Assembly: GCF_964204645.1 (NCBI RefSeq)
Contig: NC_134034.1
Coordinates: 2,931,814 to 2,995,813 of the forward strand
Length of the DNA: 64,000 nucleotides
DNA from: Tubulanus polymorphus
Taxonomy: Eukaryota; Animalia; Nemertea
Direction: 5' to 3'
Made by a program: the position numbers and the translations under genes. The notes below the pieces were generated by a model. The model saw nothing but the letters and a program-made list of their open reading frames with translations, had not been told where the DNA came from and did not search any database. Positions 24,721 through 36,601 of the stretch are shown here, in pieces; the stretch's first letter is position 1, and every line of letters begins with the position of its first letter.

Positions 24721-25604
24721 TACAACAGCAGTTAGTTTAAATGTTCCAGCCAAACTAATCAAGTTCTGACAATTTTCGCTTTGTTTTGTTCGGTCGATTC
24801 GAGCCGGCGATGGACCGGATTTACCTTCAACCTCGCCGGGGCTAACTCAATTGAGTCATAGGCGATTTAACCCCGACGAGGCTCCATCGAAAAACAGCCC
24901 TATAATTCGACGTATAAATCCCTTGTGCCTTGAAAGTTACGGATGTGTTTATGAAAGTATTTTATTTTTTTGAAAATTGTTATCACAATTGGGCTACTTT
25001 TGAAGCCTACGAACTCGAGAAAAACTCCAATTATATTGACTTCAGAGTCGTAATGTAAACTGGTTTCTTGAGCTGGTTAGGTGACTACTAGATGCAGGGC
25101 AGCACCTTCTGTCCACCTTTTCGGTTTGAGTTAGCTGAAAAAAACTATTTTTTCGTAAGTATTGAATAAAAAATGCATTTAGGGCCAGTATTTCTAATCC
25201 TGTTTCTCAAACTTGCTTGGAATTTACGAGTTTGGCATTTTTATTCTTGTCGAGTCAAAAAAAAAAAACGGTAAAGATTGCTTTAACAAATTAACAGCAT
25301 TTGTCCGTCATACAAACCCGAGTCACGGGTCAATATTCTGTTAGTATATACTTGTCAATGCTGATATGTATTATGTAATTTTGGGCACCCAGATGAGTCC
25401 TAGGGCAGGTTTTGGTGAATGGAACCTAATTTCGAATCGCGTTTCTTGTAATTGAAAAGAAACCCAACGCTGGTAGTGGCTTTTTCGATCGGAACTTCCT
25501 CACAGGTGATAGACCTTTCATATATCCCTAACCCGTCATCTTTACTGTTTTAAGTTTGTTGATATTTTCGAAGTTCAATATTTGTAAAATGAATTTATTC
25601 TAGT

Positions 25605-25885
25605 CCAGAGTCAAATCAAACCCCACACAGCTGTGAAACTGGGTTCAGAGTAAAATTGAACCCACACAACTGTGGAACTGGATGCAGAGTCAAATTAAAC
25701 CCACACAACTGTGGAACTGCAATCAGAGTCAAATTAAACCCACACAACTGTGGAACTGGATTCCCAGAGTCAAATTAAGCCCACACAACTGTGGAATTGG
25801 ATGCAGAGTCAAATTAAACCCACACAACTGTGGAATTGGGTTCACAGTCAAATTGACCCACACAACTGTCAAACTGGGTTGAGTC
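25605..25885. repeat. ~39-bp minisatellite, same family as 3372-3856
   Basis: About 7 units of CAGAGTCAAATTAAACCCACACAACTGTGGAA. Confidence 0.9.
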
Positions 25886-27448
25886 AAACTGCATTCGCTT
25901 CCTAATTCTCGAAACTAAAATACATTCACTCAAAACCTGCCTGAAAACGACCTTTCTTTTGTCAATATGAACGAATATTCTGTGAGAATCGATTTGAGAA
26001 CCAGTGAACCAGTAACTGTGTGCATATGTTATATAACAATCTATTTCAATGTTGTTGTATTATAATTACTAAACGAAAGAAAGAAATCCCCTTTTTTTCT
26101 TTCGCTTCAGTTTTCTTTCAAACGTCGGTCAGTAGAGTCCAAATAAAGGCGTTATGGGCAGACAAAATGTGCGTTGTGTTATTTTCGTTTTCCGATTCAA
26201 AGGTGTCGCGCCAGGTTCTAAATCTTGTCTACAGCTGATACTGATTCAGAGTGGTCCAGGTGTGTGTCATTCCTTCTTTTTTATAGGGCAGTATCTTAAC
26301 CATATCTTAATCAGAGTCAGCTCAAATGCGCTCCAAGTTTACCCCCCCCCCCACCCCCCACCCCCCACCCCCCACCCATCTATTCCATGTTATCAGTCAT
26401 CTCTCCCTGTGGGGAGAAGTAACATCCGAGCAGCTACTAGTACTAGGCGCTCAGGAGTCGCCTATCAGACCAGGTACCGATTTACCCCTGGTTGGATCTG
26501 ATGTATAGAGGTACTACAGCGGTGTAACGGGTCCGAACCCAAGTATTACAGCTACTGATTCCGAGTGGTCCTGATGCTGATTTGGGGGATGTACAAGGGT
26601 GTTCCGGGTTTGAGCCCGTCGTCAATACAAATCATGAGTGGTCTGCGTGCTGAATAGAGGAAATACGGTTCACCTCGGTTCGAATCCCGTTTATTGCTAT
26701 TCGGAGTCACCCGGATACCGAAAAAGAGGACTTGAATACGAATACTTGCTATTCCGATGTGTACGCCATCTATTGAAATTTCGCTGAACTGACTAGTTCA
26801 ACTCGCTGGCCGTACTTGAAATAATGTGTTCGTTTTTTCCATGTATTTATTTCAAATGATTCCTATGTCCGGATGACGATGATCTCTAGGGTAAGATCGA
26901 AACGTCGTTTCTTATATTTTAGATTGTTTCAATAAATAAATTCTCGATTTTAGATTTCTTTTAGTTTCTAAATAGTGGCTTTTTATCTTATCATCTGTTC
27001 ACCACGTTTGAGTGTGGTTATCGTACTAATATTCCAATATCCAACGAATGTATGCCCATATATGGACATTCGACGGTTTGTCGAAGAGAAAAAGGGGAAA
27101 ATCATATTCGGCAATCAATCAGCACAAATGAAACTTAAAGACACGCACGGCCGACGATTTCGAAGGTAGATTCGACAAAAATTGCATAATCGACGGTTCC
27201 CGAAATTCAGCGAAGTACGAAGTAGTCAAATAACAAACCAGTAGGGTTATTTATCTTCGTCGGAAATCAATATCAGAACAACGCAAAACAAGAAACAGAA
27301 AGGAAGCAAGCATTCCATAAATCCTAAACATATATTTTTCAAAATCGAATTCTTTGACATTATACGTATAGGCTATATCAACTTGATTTATTTTGAGAAC
27401 GCATTCACTATCAGTCCTGAGCGATATCAACTTGAGATTTCATTCGAT

Positions 27449-30400
27449 TCATTTCGAGAACACATTGAAACGGCGCAGCTTCCGTTCACGCGCCTTTCGC
27501 ATGAAAAAGTTCAGGATGACTTTCTTTTTGCGCAGAGCCTCGATCTCGGGTATCTCGCCGACCACGTGATACTTCACGTGGCTGTGATCTTTAACCAAAT
27601 ACGGACAGTTGGCGAATCGGCACTCCTTCCTCCGCACCATCACCCTCCCTCCGGGTTTCGGCACGTTCAATTCCCGTTCCTGTAAAATATTGATAGAAAG
27701 AAAGAAATCATCATCGACATTGCCGGCAACACTACGAGCCAATCCGGAATGATACACCAGGCGTCGCTAGTGGTGACTGAGTTACCGCGCTTCAATTTCT
27801 TCTACATTTAAAAAAAAACTTTCCAATTTTTAGATAATTCGTTTCATCATCATTATTATGATGTAATAGACCCCTCCGGTAGTACTTAAATACTATATGT
27901 CGTAAATAACGTTTGTTATGTTTTAAGATACTTTTATTTCCTGTTTTTGTAAATATTTGTAGATACTGCTTTTTCCCACATATACCAAGGAAATGGTTGG
28001 AGTGTAATAAATATTCGTATTCGTATTGTAAGGAGAATAAGCTTATTTGACTATATTATGTTAAGTACCCCGCGGCTTAAAACTTACATCGATTTCAAAA
28101 CGTTTCAAGGGAGTCAGTCTCGGCGGCGGCTGTTTTTGTGACGTCGCCTCCCGACTAGTGCCGACATGGCTGATGTTTTTGTCGTTACCGGTAGCGTATT
28201 TTTGTAAGAACGCCCCCACGCGGCGTTCGAGAAAACTGAGCGACGCGTCGCTGGTTTCGAAATCGGTGAACTCGTTTCCCTGTAGCTGTTCGGTTAACTC
28301 GGCCATCTTGTGTCGTACTAAAGCGTTCATGAAATGTTCCCTAGTTTGCGACGGTAGTTCGGGACTCGAATCGAAAAGGCTGAATTCCTGCGCGCGCGTT
28401 ATTTTCTCGGAATGTTCCGCCATCGCTTGGGCTTTAGTCTCGAGTACCTCATCGGCGAAACGGAGTTGTTTCGTCGGTACCGAAACGGTTTCTAATTCGT
28501 TCGTTGGTGTCGCTACGGTAGCGCTTTCTTGCTCGATAGGTGGCTCTGTAATGAAAATCTGAGACGCCGCCTGTGGAACCTCGTTATCGAGGGCGATTTC
28601 GCCATTATCATGCACTTCCGGTAAGTCTGCTATCACCCGTTCGACGATAGACGGCGCTGATTGCAGATGAGATTTAGATTTCTTGTGTTGCGCGGATATG
28701 ATTCTCGCCGACATAATTCCGTGAACCGTACTTCGTAGGTGGCGCTGATCGCCGCCGCCGTCATTTTTCGATTCTAAACCCTTCCGTTTGATGCTGATGT
28801 TTTTACGAATTCGCGCCTTTTCTTCCATAAGACTCATGTAGTAAAACGACCCGGGCACCAGGGGGCGCACTAGTGCCGATTTGTTGTGGATGAAACGATC
28901 GAGTAGGACTTGATCGAGCACGTCGCTTTCCGGCAGGCGTTTAGCGTTCTTCAGACGCGGTAGATGGCGCTGTTCGGGTTGTTTGAAATCCGTTAATTTG
29001 AACAGCAGATGTTTCAACAAGGGGACGTGTTTACCCTGCTGCGTCGGCGCCCTACTGCGCAATTTCGACACGACGCTGAATTTCAAACTTTCCAACGTCG
29101 CCGGATTTTTTCTGGTGACCAAACGTTCGAAGTTCTTCGAATCGAGAATGTAAACCTCGGTCCGAGCGGTGCAAATAACCGTTTGCATATAGGTGGGCAT
29201 GTCCATATACATTTCGATGTCGCCGATACAGTCGCCTTCGTCTACCGTACACAGGGCTATAGTTCTCTGCAGCATGCGCCGCTCGGCCTTGGCGTAACCG
29301 TCCCGTCGTCGTATCAACACGCTCTCTTGTTTCATCGCCTGTAGAGGGCGCTCTTGCGTTCTATCGACGTATTTCCGGGGTTCTCTGCGAAAAGCAAAAG
29401 CCGTTGGATAAACTTTGTTTAGATTTTCAAATCGCTTGGAACCAGACGATTAAGATGTGAAATAGAAAAGATTGGCGGTCATCAATTGGCGGTATAGTCT
29501 AAATATTCTCATATTAGAAATGGCCACCGGTCATCCATTATGATTTGGCAGCTATCGTTGTTGAATGAAAATTAAACGAGTTATAAAGATGGCCGCCAGT
29601 CGAATATACGACATACACAGGTAATTCGTTCAAGGATCTATTTGAAAAATAATTACCGTAATCTTTCTAGAACCAGTGGATCGTTCTCGGTGACGAACGG
29701 CAGGTGATTTTTGTATTGTCGTTTGTGTTGCGTCGGCTCCACGACAACTCGGGCCGCACCTCTGCAAATAAAATTTAAAATCATCATCAACTAAACCATC
29801 GGAAAACTCCGATTATGTTGTTTGTATTCAAGGTTTCGTACTTGCGTATGAATACGAGACCGTACACTGGCTCCCCCTGGCGTACGATCGGCGAATCAAA
29901 CGAGAATATTTCGCGTCTGATGCTCATTTCCAGCAGACGACGAAATCGCAAATTCCATTTGCTGAAAAACGGATGATTGTCGGCGAACGACTTCCGGTCG
30001 GCGTATTCCGCTTCCTGCGACACCTATCGGCAAAAAACATCTAGAAAATTAAAGATGGCCGGTGCAACGGTCGTGGTCCTAGGTCCGGTTCTCAGATTTT
30101 AAGTTGCTTGATGAGGAACTAATTTGACAACTAAGACTGAGTGATTGTCGTGCCAACTGATGGGTCGTTGTTTCTCAATGTTGGTTGTGGTGCTGCTGTT
30201 GTTTTTTTCATTCATAAAAAAGCTTGCAAGTTTCAACAACTTATACAATCAACATAATAACATAATACCACAACACACGTACACGTACACGTAGACATAC
30301 ACATACACATACACACACACATACACATACATGGTATATAGTCATATAAAATCAAATACCCTTACAAAGAAAGAAAGAGGAAAAGAAAGAAAAGAAAAAA

Positions 30401-31829
30401 AAGAAAATACGAGTTTGATCATGCAAAAATCTTACTTAAAAATCAGCATTGACCCATTTTTCCCAAAATTTATGTTCCAAATTTCAATTTTTGTAAATAG
30501 CGCTGCTGTTGTGATAATACCTTTAATGAACGGTTGTAGAGGTCTCTGTGCACTACGAGTAAGTCGACATCTTCGTCGGCGATGATCGTCGCATTTCGAA
30601 CGCTATCGTCGCTTATTAAAGCAATTTCACCGAAACATTTGCCAGCCTCTAAAAACACCGAAAATATGGGATCTACGTATAACATCTTTCATAAAAGTTA
30701 AAAATAATTGCTAGGTTTGGGGGGATTTGACACCATAGATGTCCTACAACACATGAGGGGAGCTTCGTCTGCAAGAAGTGGCAACCTCTATAGCCACAGT
30801 AGACTGTTGATGCACCCTAGCGATGCCTGATGGATCCTCACTTGCCGCAAGTGGAATCCACGATTCTAACAGTAGTCGATATCCTACTGCACACTAGCGA
30901 CGCCTGGTGAATTTTCACTTGTCCTAAGTGGAATCCTCTATTGCCGCAGTTGATAATGTCCAACTGCACACTAGTGGCACCTAGTGGATCCTCAGCACAG
31001 GTGTAATTCCCCATTTCCACAGTAAAGCTTCCAGCACGAACATAATCATACTAACCGAATTTAATAATGAATTTTCCGAATTGATTACGATTCAATTTTC
31101 TATCCGGATTCCTATTTACTTTGACATCATTAGCGCCGTCTTTTACGGACAGGCGAGAAGGTTCACGCAGTAGCGACACCTTGCGGCCGGAAGACGCACT
31201 TATCTTTCTCAGCGACAGATTGCTGCGTTCGTCGAACATACCCAGCGGGTTTATAGACTCGATCGACTTAGCGGGGTCCGTGTTGCTTGTGTCGCCATCT
31301 TTCGGTTCGTTGATGCGCGCAGACGACTGCACGGTGGCGCCCTCATCCTCACCAGAAAGCGCCGAATCGATGTAAACAACGACCGAACCGGATAGAATAA
31401 CGTAAAAACTGAAATTAGAACAAAAAGTTCAACTTCAAGCTCTTAAAAATTACAAGCCCCAATATAAGTAATGTAATATACCTGTCGCCGACGTCACCCT
31501 GCTTGATGATGACGTCATCTCTGCGTGCCTTTTGGTATTGGCAGTTGCGCAATAGATCCCAGCCGACCTCTGCATATGAAAAAGAGTGAAAATGGCCACT
31601 GTAAAAATCTAATGAAATGATTTAATTCTACTTCTTCACGTGATTCCACGAATTACCATACGAATCATATGTTCTAAAATTAGAATGACGATGATATACC
31701 TTTTGGCACAAGTTGAAAGAGCTGACTAAGTTTCTGAAGCCATGGTAAGAGTTCCTCGATTTCTGCGTCGAAGCGCTCGGACGGAGGTCTAGTGACGCAC
31801 TTGATTACTTTGTCCAATGTTTGCCTCAT
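27449..31829 (-). CDS. Cyclic nucleotide-binding domain-containing protein (CNBD2-like, two CNB domains)
   Basis: Exons (minus) 31829-31700, 31569-31482, 31408-31056, 30648-30521, 30023-29842, 29761-29657, 29384-28088, 27679-27449 join in frame: MRQTLDKVIKCVTRPPSER..DDVIIKQGDVGDSFYVILSGSVVV..GKCFGEIALISDDSVRNATIIA..IVRQGEPVYGLVFIRKGAARV..EGDCIGDIEM. A non-coding exon donor lies at 32344. Confidence 0.88.
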
Positions 31830-34011
31830 CGCTTGAAGAGAAAAGACACACGGGGCCATTTACTCAAAAAATGCATGGTTAAAGATGCTTGCTTAAGAAT
31901 TTACAGGACTTTTAGTTCCAAAATTTAGATGAGATTTGGCTGGAGCAAAGCAACTGTGGCAAATGAAGGTTCTCAATTGTGGAGTCCATCAGGTGTCGCT
32001 AGCGCGCACTAGAAGATTCCACCTGTGACAAATAAGGATTCATCAGATGTCACTCGTTTACAGTAGGACATTGATAACTGCGGCAACAGGGGAATCAATT
32101 GGTAGCAAATCGATACACTAATATCGGTCACCGGGTGTTCTGCACTATAGATTTCTACATTTCTATGTCTACATTTCTATCTGGATCCGACAATGATACT
32201 GTGGCAATCGAGTATCCGCCAGGTGCGCTAGTAGTTGTCGATACGGGGTTTGAATATGAAAACTATGACGAAGAAACGAATCGAATGTTGAATGTTATGA
32301 AAATGAACTAAATTTAGCATTGGAATCAGATCGCGCCTACTCACGACTGTAGAACTGGGTTCTCTATATCGGCTTGTGTCACGTTCACTGTTTTCACAAA
32401 TTGATTTTTAATAGATTATTTTCAAGACTGGTCGTGAATCAGCGACGACGACACAAACGCGTGTTCGGCCGAGAATGCGCTAAGTTCGTTTTAATAGTGA
32501 TCGATGGCGACAATTTTCTGGTCGGATTTCACGCTTCGTCGATCAGATAATTAAACGTCGAAAATAACTTTCGTTGTAACATCTCAACAGAAACGTTTCT
32601 CAATATGGTAAATGAAATTTCAAGGGAAGTTTATTCGGTGTCGTTTTTCTGATTCTCGATCTAAAAAACCGAATTAATGATATTTACTATCATCGAATTT
32701 GAAAGATTAAAACTCAGTTCCTCAGTAATGTTTCGGTTAAGATTTGATTCAAGGTTGGCCAAGAATAGAATAAAAGAAAAACAAACGGAAAATACATGAC
32801 CCAGCCACTATTTCACATCTTCCCTCGTACCGTGGCAATCTCGATGCCATCAGGTTCGAATCCCTGCCAGGGATGGATGTTATTTCAACTCTGCGCATCT
32901 TTTATCGTTTATCCTTTTCTAATGTCTTAAGATACTAATCTTGTAATTAAACTCATTCCTTATCAGATTGTTGTAATTTAGCTCTTATAGCAATAAATGT
33001 ATATTTGGACCTAGTTTCACAGTCACGAGTTAAGTTTTGAGTTAACTCATTGGACCGATTGCAATAATGAAGTTTAATTCATTTTATCCACTTCAGTTGA
33101 TGATAAATCGATGTTATTGTAAGAATCATCAATGAACTTTTGAATTTTGAACTTTGAATTTGAATATATCGACAATTGAATAGAATTGAATCGACGGGCA
33201 ACCATTGATGATGTAGTGCACATATTCAACTCTAACCATCCATCATTAAGAAATGGAATAACATTGAAAAATCATCATAGAAAAAGAAAAAATAAAAGTC
33301 ATGAAATTCATTCAATAGCAGAATAAACGATAGAATATTTTGAAACCCCAACATTGATGACGTAGCACACATCGAATCACACAATAACCCTTAGATAACG
33401 CCTATCATATATACATGCATATATAAACATTTTAAAAACAGTTTCTATGACGTCAAAAAATGTATATGATCACATAAACTTACTATGAATGTATTTTCCG
33501 TCGTTGTCGTTCGTCCAATATCTTCGACGTCGACGACGAGTTCCGCGAATGCGAATACCACTGGCGTTTACCCCTGGTAAAGAAGACACGACCGCTACCG
33601 TTTAAACCACCGAAACTTAACATTCGAAATCATTACACCGCTCGTGACCGTGTACAAACGTTCCAATAAAGTACCGTAAATACACGCGCGTGTAAATACC
33701 GAATATTGAAACGCACACAAATTCCCTTTTGATTTCGATACCCGAGGAAAATTCTCTCCGCAAAACGGATTTGAAATTTGTTTGATCGATGGTAAATGTA
33801 TACTCGACAAACAGCCGAACACAAAAACCGAAAGAGCCGCGATTTCTACCTGTTTAAATATAAACAACAAATTAGGCCTAGTTCGATTTTACAGCTATGA
33901 CGATCTGCGCGCGCTCGGGACAAAATGGCGGCGGCATGCTGACGGTCGACTATTTGGGTCGAACTGTGAAGACGAACGTCGGTCAGGCGGAACTATGTAG
34001 TCTGGAAAAAA

Positions 34012-34085
34012 CCGTGGCTTGGTGGATAAGGCGTCGGGCTACTAACCCGGAGGGTGTGGTTTCGAATCCTGATTAAACCGTGCTC
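34012..34085 (+). pseudogene. tRNA-like sequence (tRNA-Arg-type body, ACT in anticodon loop); pseudogene or SINE head
   Basis: GTGGCTTGGTGGATAAGGCG D-arm/A-box, anticodon arm TCGGG-CTACTAA-CCCGG, TTCGAATCC T-loop. No pairing acceptor stem. Confidence 0.55.
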
Positions 34086-35034
34086 AGGCCAGGAGATATT
34101 GTTTTCCCGACACACTGATCAAATAGCAAAAAAAAAAACAAAACCCAAAAGTCGTGGGTTGATGTTGATTAGAAGAACATGAACTCTATTGGGCACGCGG
34201 CCGTTGTAGTTCGAACCTATAGTTCCGAGATGACCGACTGTGGAACACGTCAGATACCAGGACCTTACTCTCATCTGGATAATTTGCGTTTCGAAATGTG
34301 ATTCCTTATTATCTAGTCAACACGCGGGACAATCAACTTAGATGACTTTGACACCAACATCTACCCGAGAAGAAAACTACAGACTATTTACACGCGGAAA
34401 ATTATTTTGTCTCTTGCAAATGCTGGTCATGGAGTACATGTACGGTGTAATTATTTTGGAGAAGTCCTAGAATTAACCATAGATTTTGTTGAAAAGATAA
34501 GATAATTTATTACTCTACAACCGTTTCCATGGTACGCGGAGGGATAAATGATTTTGTTTACAAATATTTACATATCGAGAGAAAAACAAAAAGATTTTAA
34601 AAACATAACAAGGTTATTTACAACGAATATAAATACAGTGTACTATTTACAATTGACAGACTACAAGAGGGATCTATATACATCTAAACCATCTTCAATA
34701 AATTGTGCTAATCGAAAATTAGGAATTTCTAATATATCAAAGTTTCCAAAAATGGCATTTGAGTAGCGCCACGTAGCGACAAATTTTGGTGCAACCAGAA
34801 GCTACATTTCAACTTCGTCTAAAAGTATCGTTGCATATTCTTAACGAAGATTGATTGAAACCTACAGAATATTACGACAAATATTCATGAAGTATTTCAA
34901 ACAACTTTGAAAAAACCATTTTCTAATAGTTATGATAAAACTAATAGAATTGATCATCTATTGCATAATTTGGACACCGGTCAGGTACTAGAAGGGTCAG
35001 TCATATATATTCAAATATTGTACGTTTCGTAAGC

Positions 35035-35198
35035 ATACTTACCTGGCACAGGGGTGCTCACCGTGATCTGGAAGGCGGTGCCCCTGTGGCGAGGCCTGTC
35101 ATTGCACAAAGACTGGTTGACCCATACGATCTCCCCAAATGCGGGAGACTCGGGTGTATAATTTCTGGTAGTGGGGGACTGCGTACGCGCTATCCCCT
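35035..35198 (+). ncRNA. U1: U1 spliceosomal snRNA (full length, variant loop I)
   Basis: Starts ATACTTACCTGG. Has the U1A loop ATTGCAC, stem III CTCCCCAAATGCGGGAG, Sm site AATTTCTGG and terminal stem GGGGGACTGCGTACGCGCTATCCCCT. Length 164 nt. Confidence 0.95.
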
Positions 35199-36601
35199 CC
35201 GTAATCAAAGTAACAATAGATTCAGGTGGACCAATAGCTTACCTAGTTGACGAACCATAAAACCCTACGTTGTGCTGTGACTGAGAATTCCTCTATAATG
35301 AAGTAAGAAAGATGAATTCCGAAAGAAGATGACCGGTTAGGGTATAGCCGAATCGTCGAATGACTTCATTTATAGTACGATAACCACACTCAAACGTAGT
35401 GAACAGAAGATAAGATAAAAAACCCACTATTGACAAATTAAAAGAAAACTAAAATCGATAATGTATTTATTGAAACAATCTAAAATGTAAAAACACGATC
35501 TCACATTCTTTTAATTTGTAAATAGTGGGTTTTTATCTAATCAATAAATTTATAGTTTAAATGGAAGCCTCGGATCTCTCGTTTCATTAGTGTGGGTGAA
35601 TGATTCTCGACAAATACTCCTTTTTTGTCGGGATTTCTCGTGTCAACTCAATAATCCTAGAAAACCAAATTTTTGATATACACATGTAGGCAAAAAATAA
35701 TCTAATTCAAGGAAACCTTATCCGTACCTTATTTTTTATTTTGTGACGCATAATCGTTTTAAAACGGACATAGGGTTTCATCAAGATTATGTATATCAAG
35801 GCCACAATATTGATCACTTCGTCTTAAGAATTTCTTGGATACCCGGTAATGAAAAACAATCTTGAAATGAAATAAAGCAACTGAACACAACTGATGATAT
35901 TTGGTCATCAATTAACAGCACTCAGTTCCGCAGTTGTAGATATAATTGGGCAGCCGCAAAGCTACTGTGGAAATGGAAGTTTCCACTTGTCGCAAGTGAG
36001 GATCCACCAGGGGTCGCTAGTGTGCAGTATGACATCAACTACTGCGGCAATGGAGGATTCCACTTGTAGCAAGAAAGGATCCACCAGGGGTCGCTAGTGT
36101 GCAGTAGGACATCGCCTACTGCAGCAATAGGATTTCACTTTTGGCATGTTCGTGGCCTACTGCTCACTGGTGACACCTGGCAAATCCACCAGGTGTCACG
36201 TGAGCAGTATGGCATGAACTACTGCGTCAAGAGATGGTAAGCGAACCTGTAATCCTGGGTTGTTGGCACTCGGTTCGGTTGCATTGCACGGAAACCCTTG
36301 AAAGGTTGGCTCCGGGATTTTGACAATAGCCAGGAGGGTATCTATCAGGATGTGTAGCTCCGGAGGATAGGCCTTCATTGAGAACTGCATTATGATGGTG
36401 TAAGCAGCGTTGATGGGTGATGATCTATGGAATTAGCAGGAAGTTTTTGCTTATGTTTTTTGTTTCAAAAATAAACCCATTGAAAGCGATAAGCAAATAA
36501 TATCAATCGGTAACGGAAAGTATTTCATAGTATAAGTTCATTGCATCCTTGTACACGTTATCACTGTCGTCTGTTCGATGCGATCAGTGACAGACGGAAG
36601 A

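Noticed and set aside
28158-29344. Plus-strand ORFs inside the CNBD gene (similarly 46519-47323, 54444-54803, 57857-58312)
   Set aside because: Antisense to well-supported exons; no independent features.
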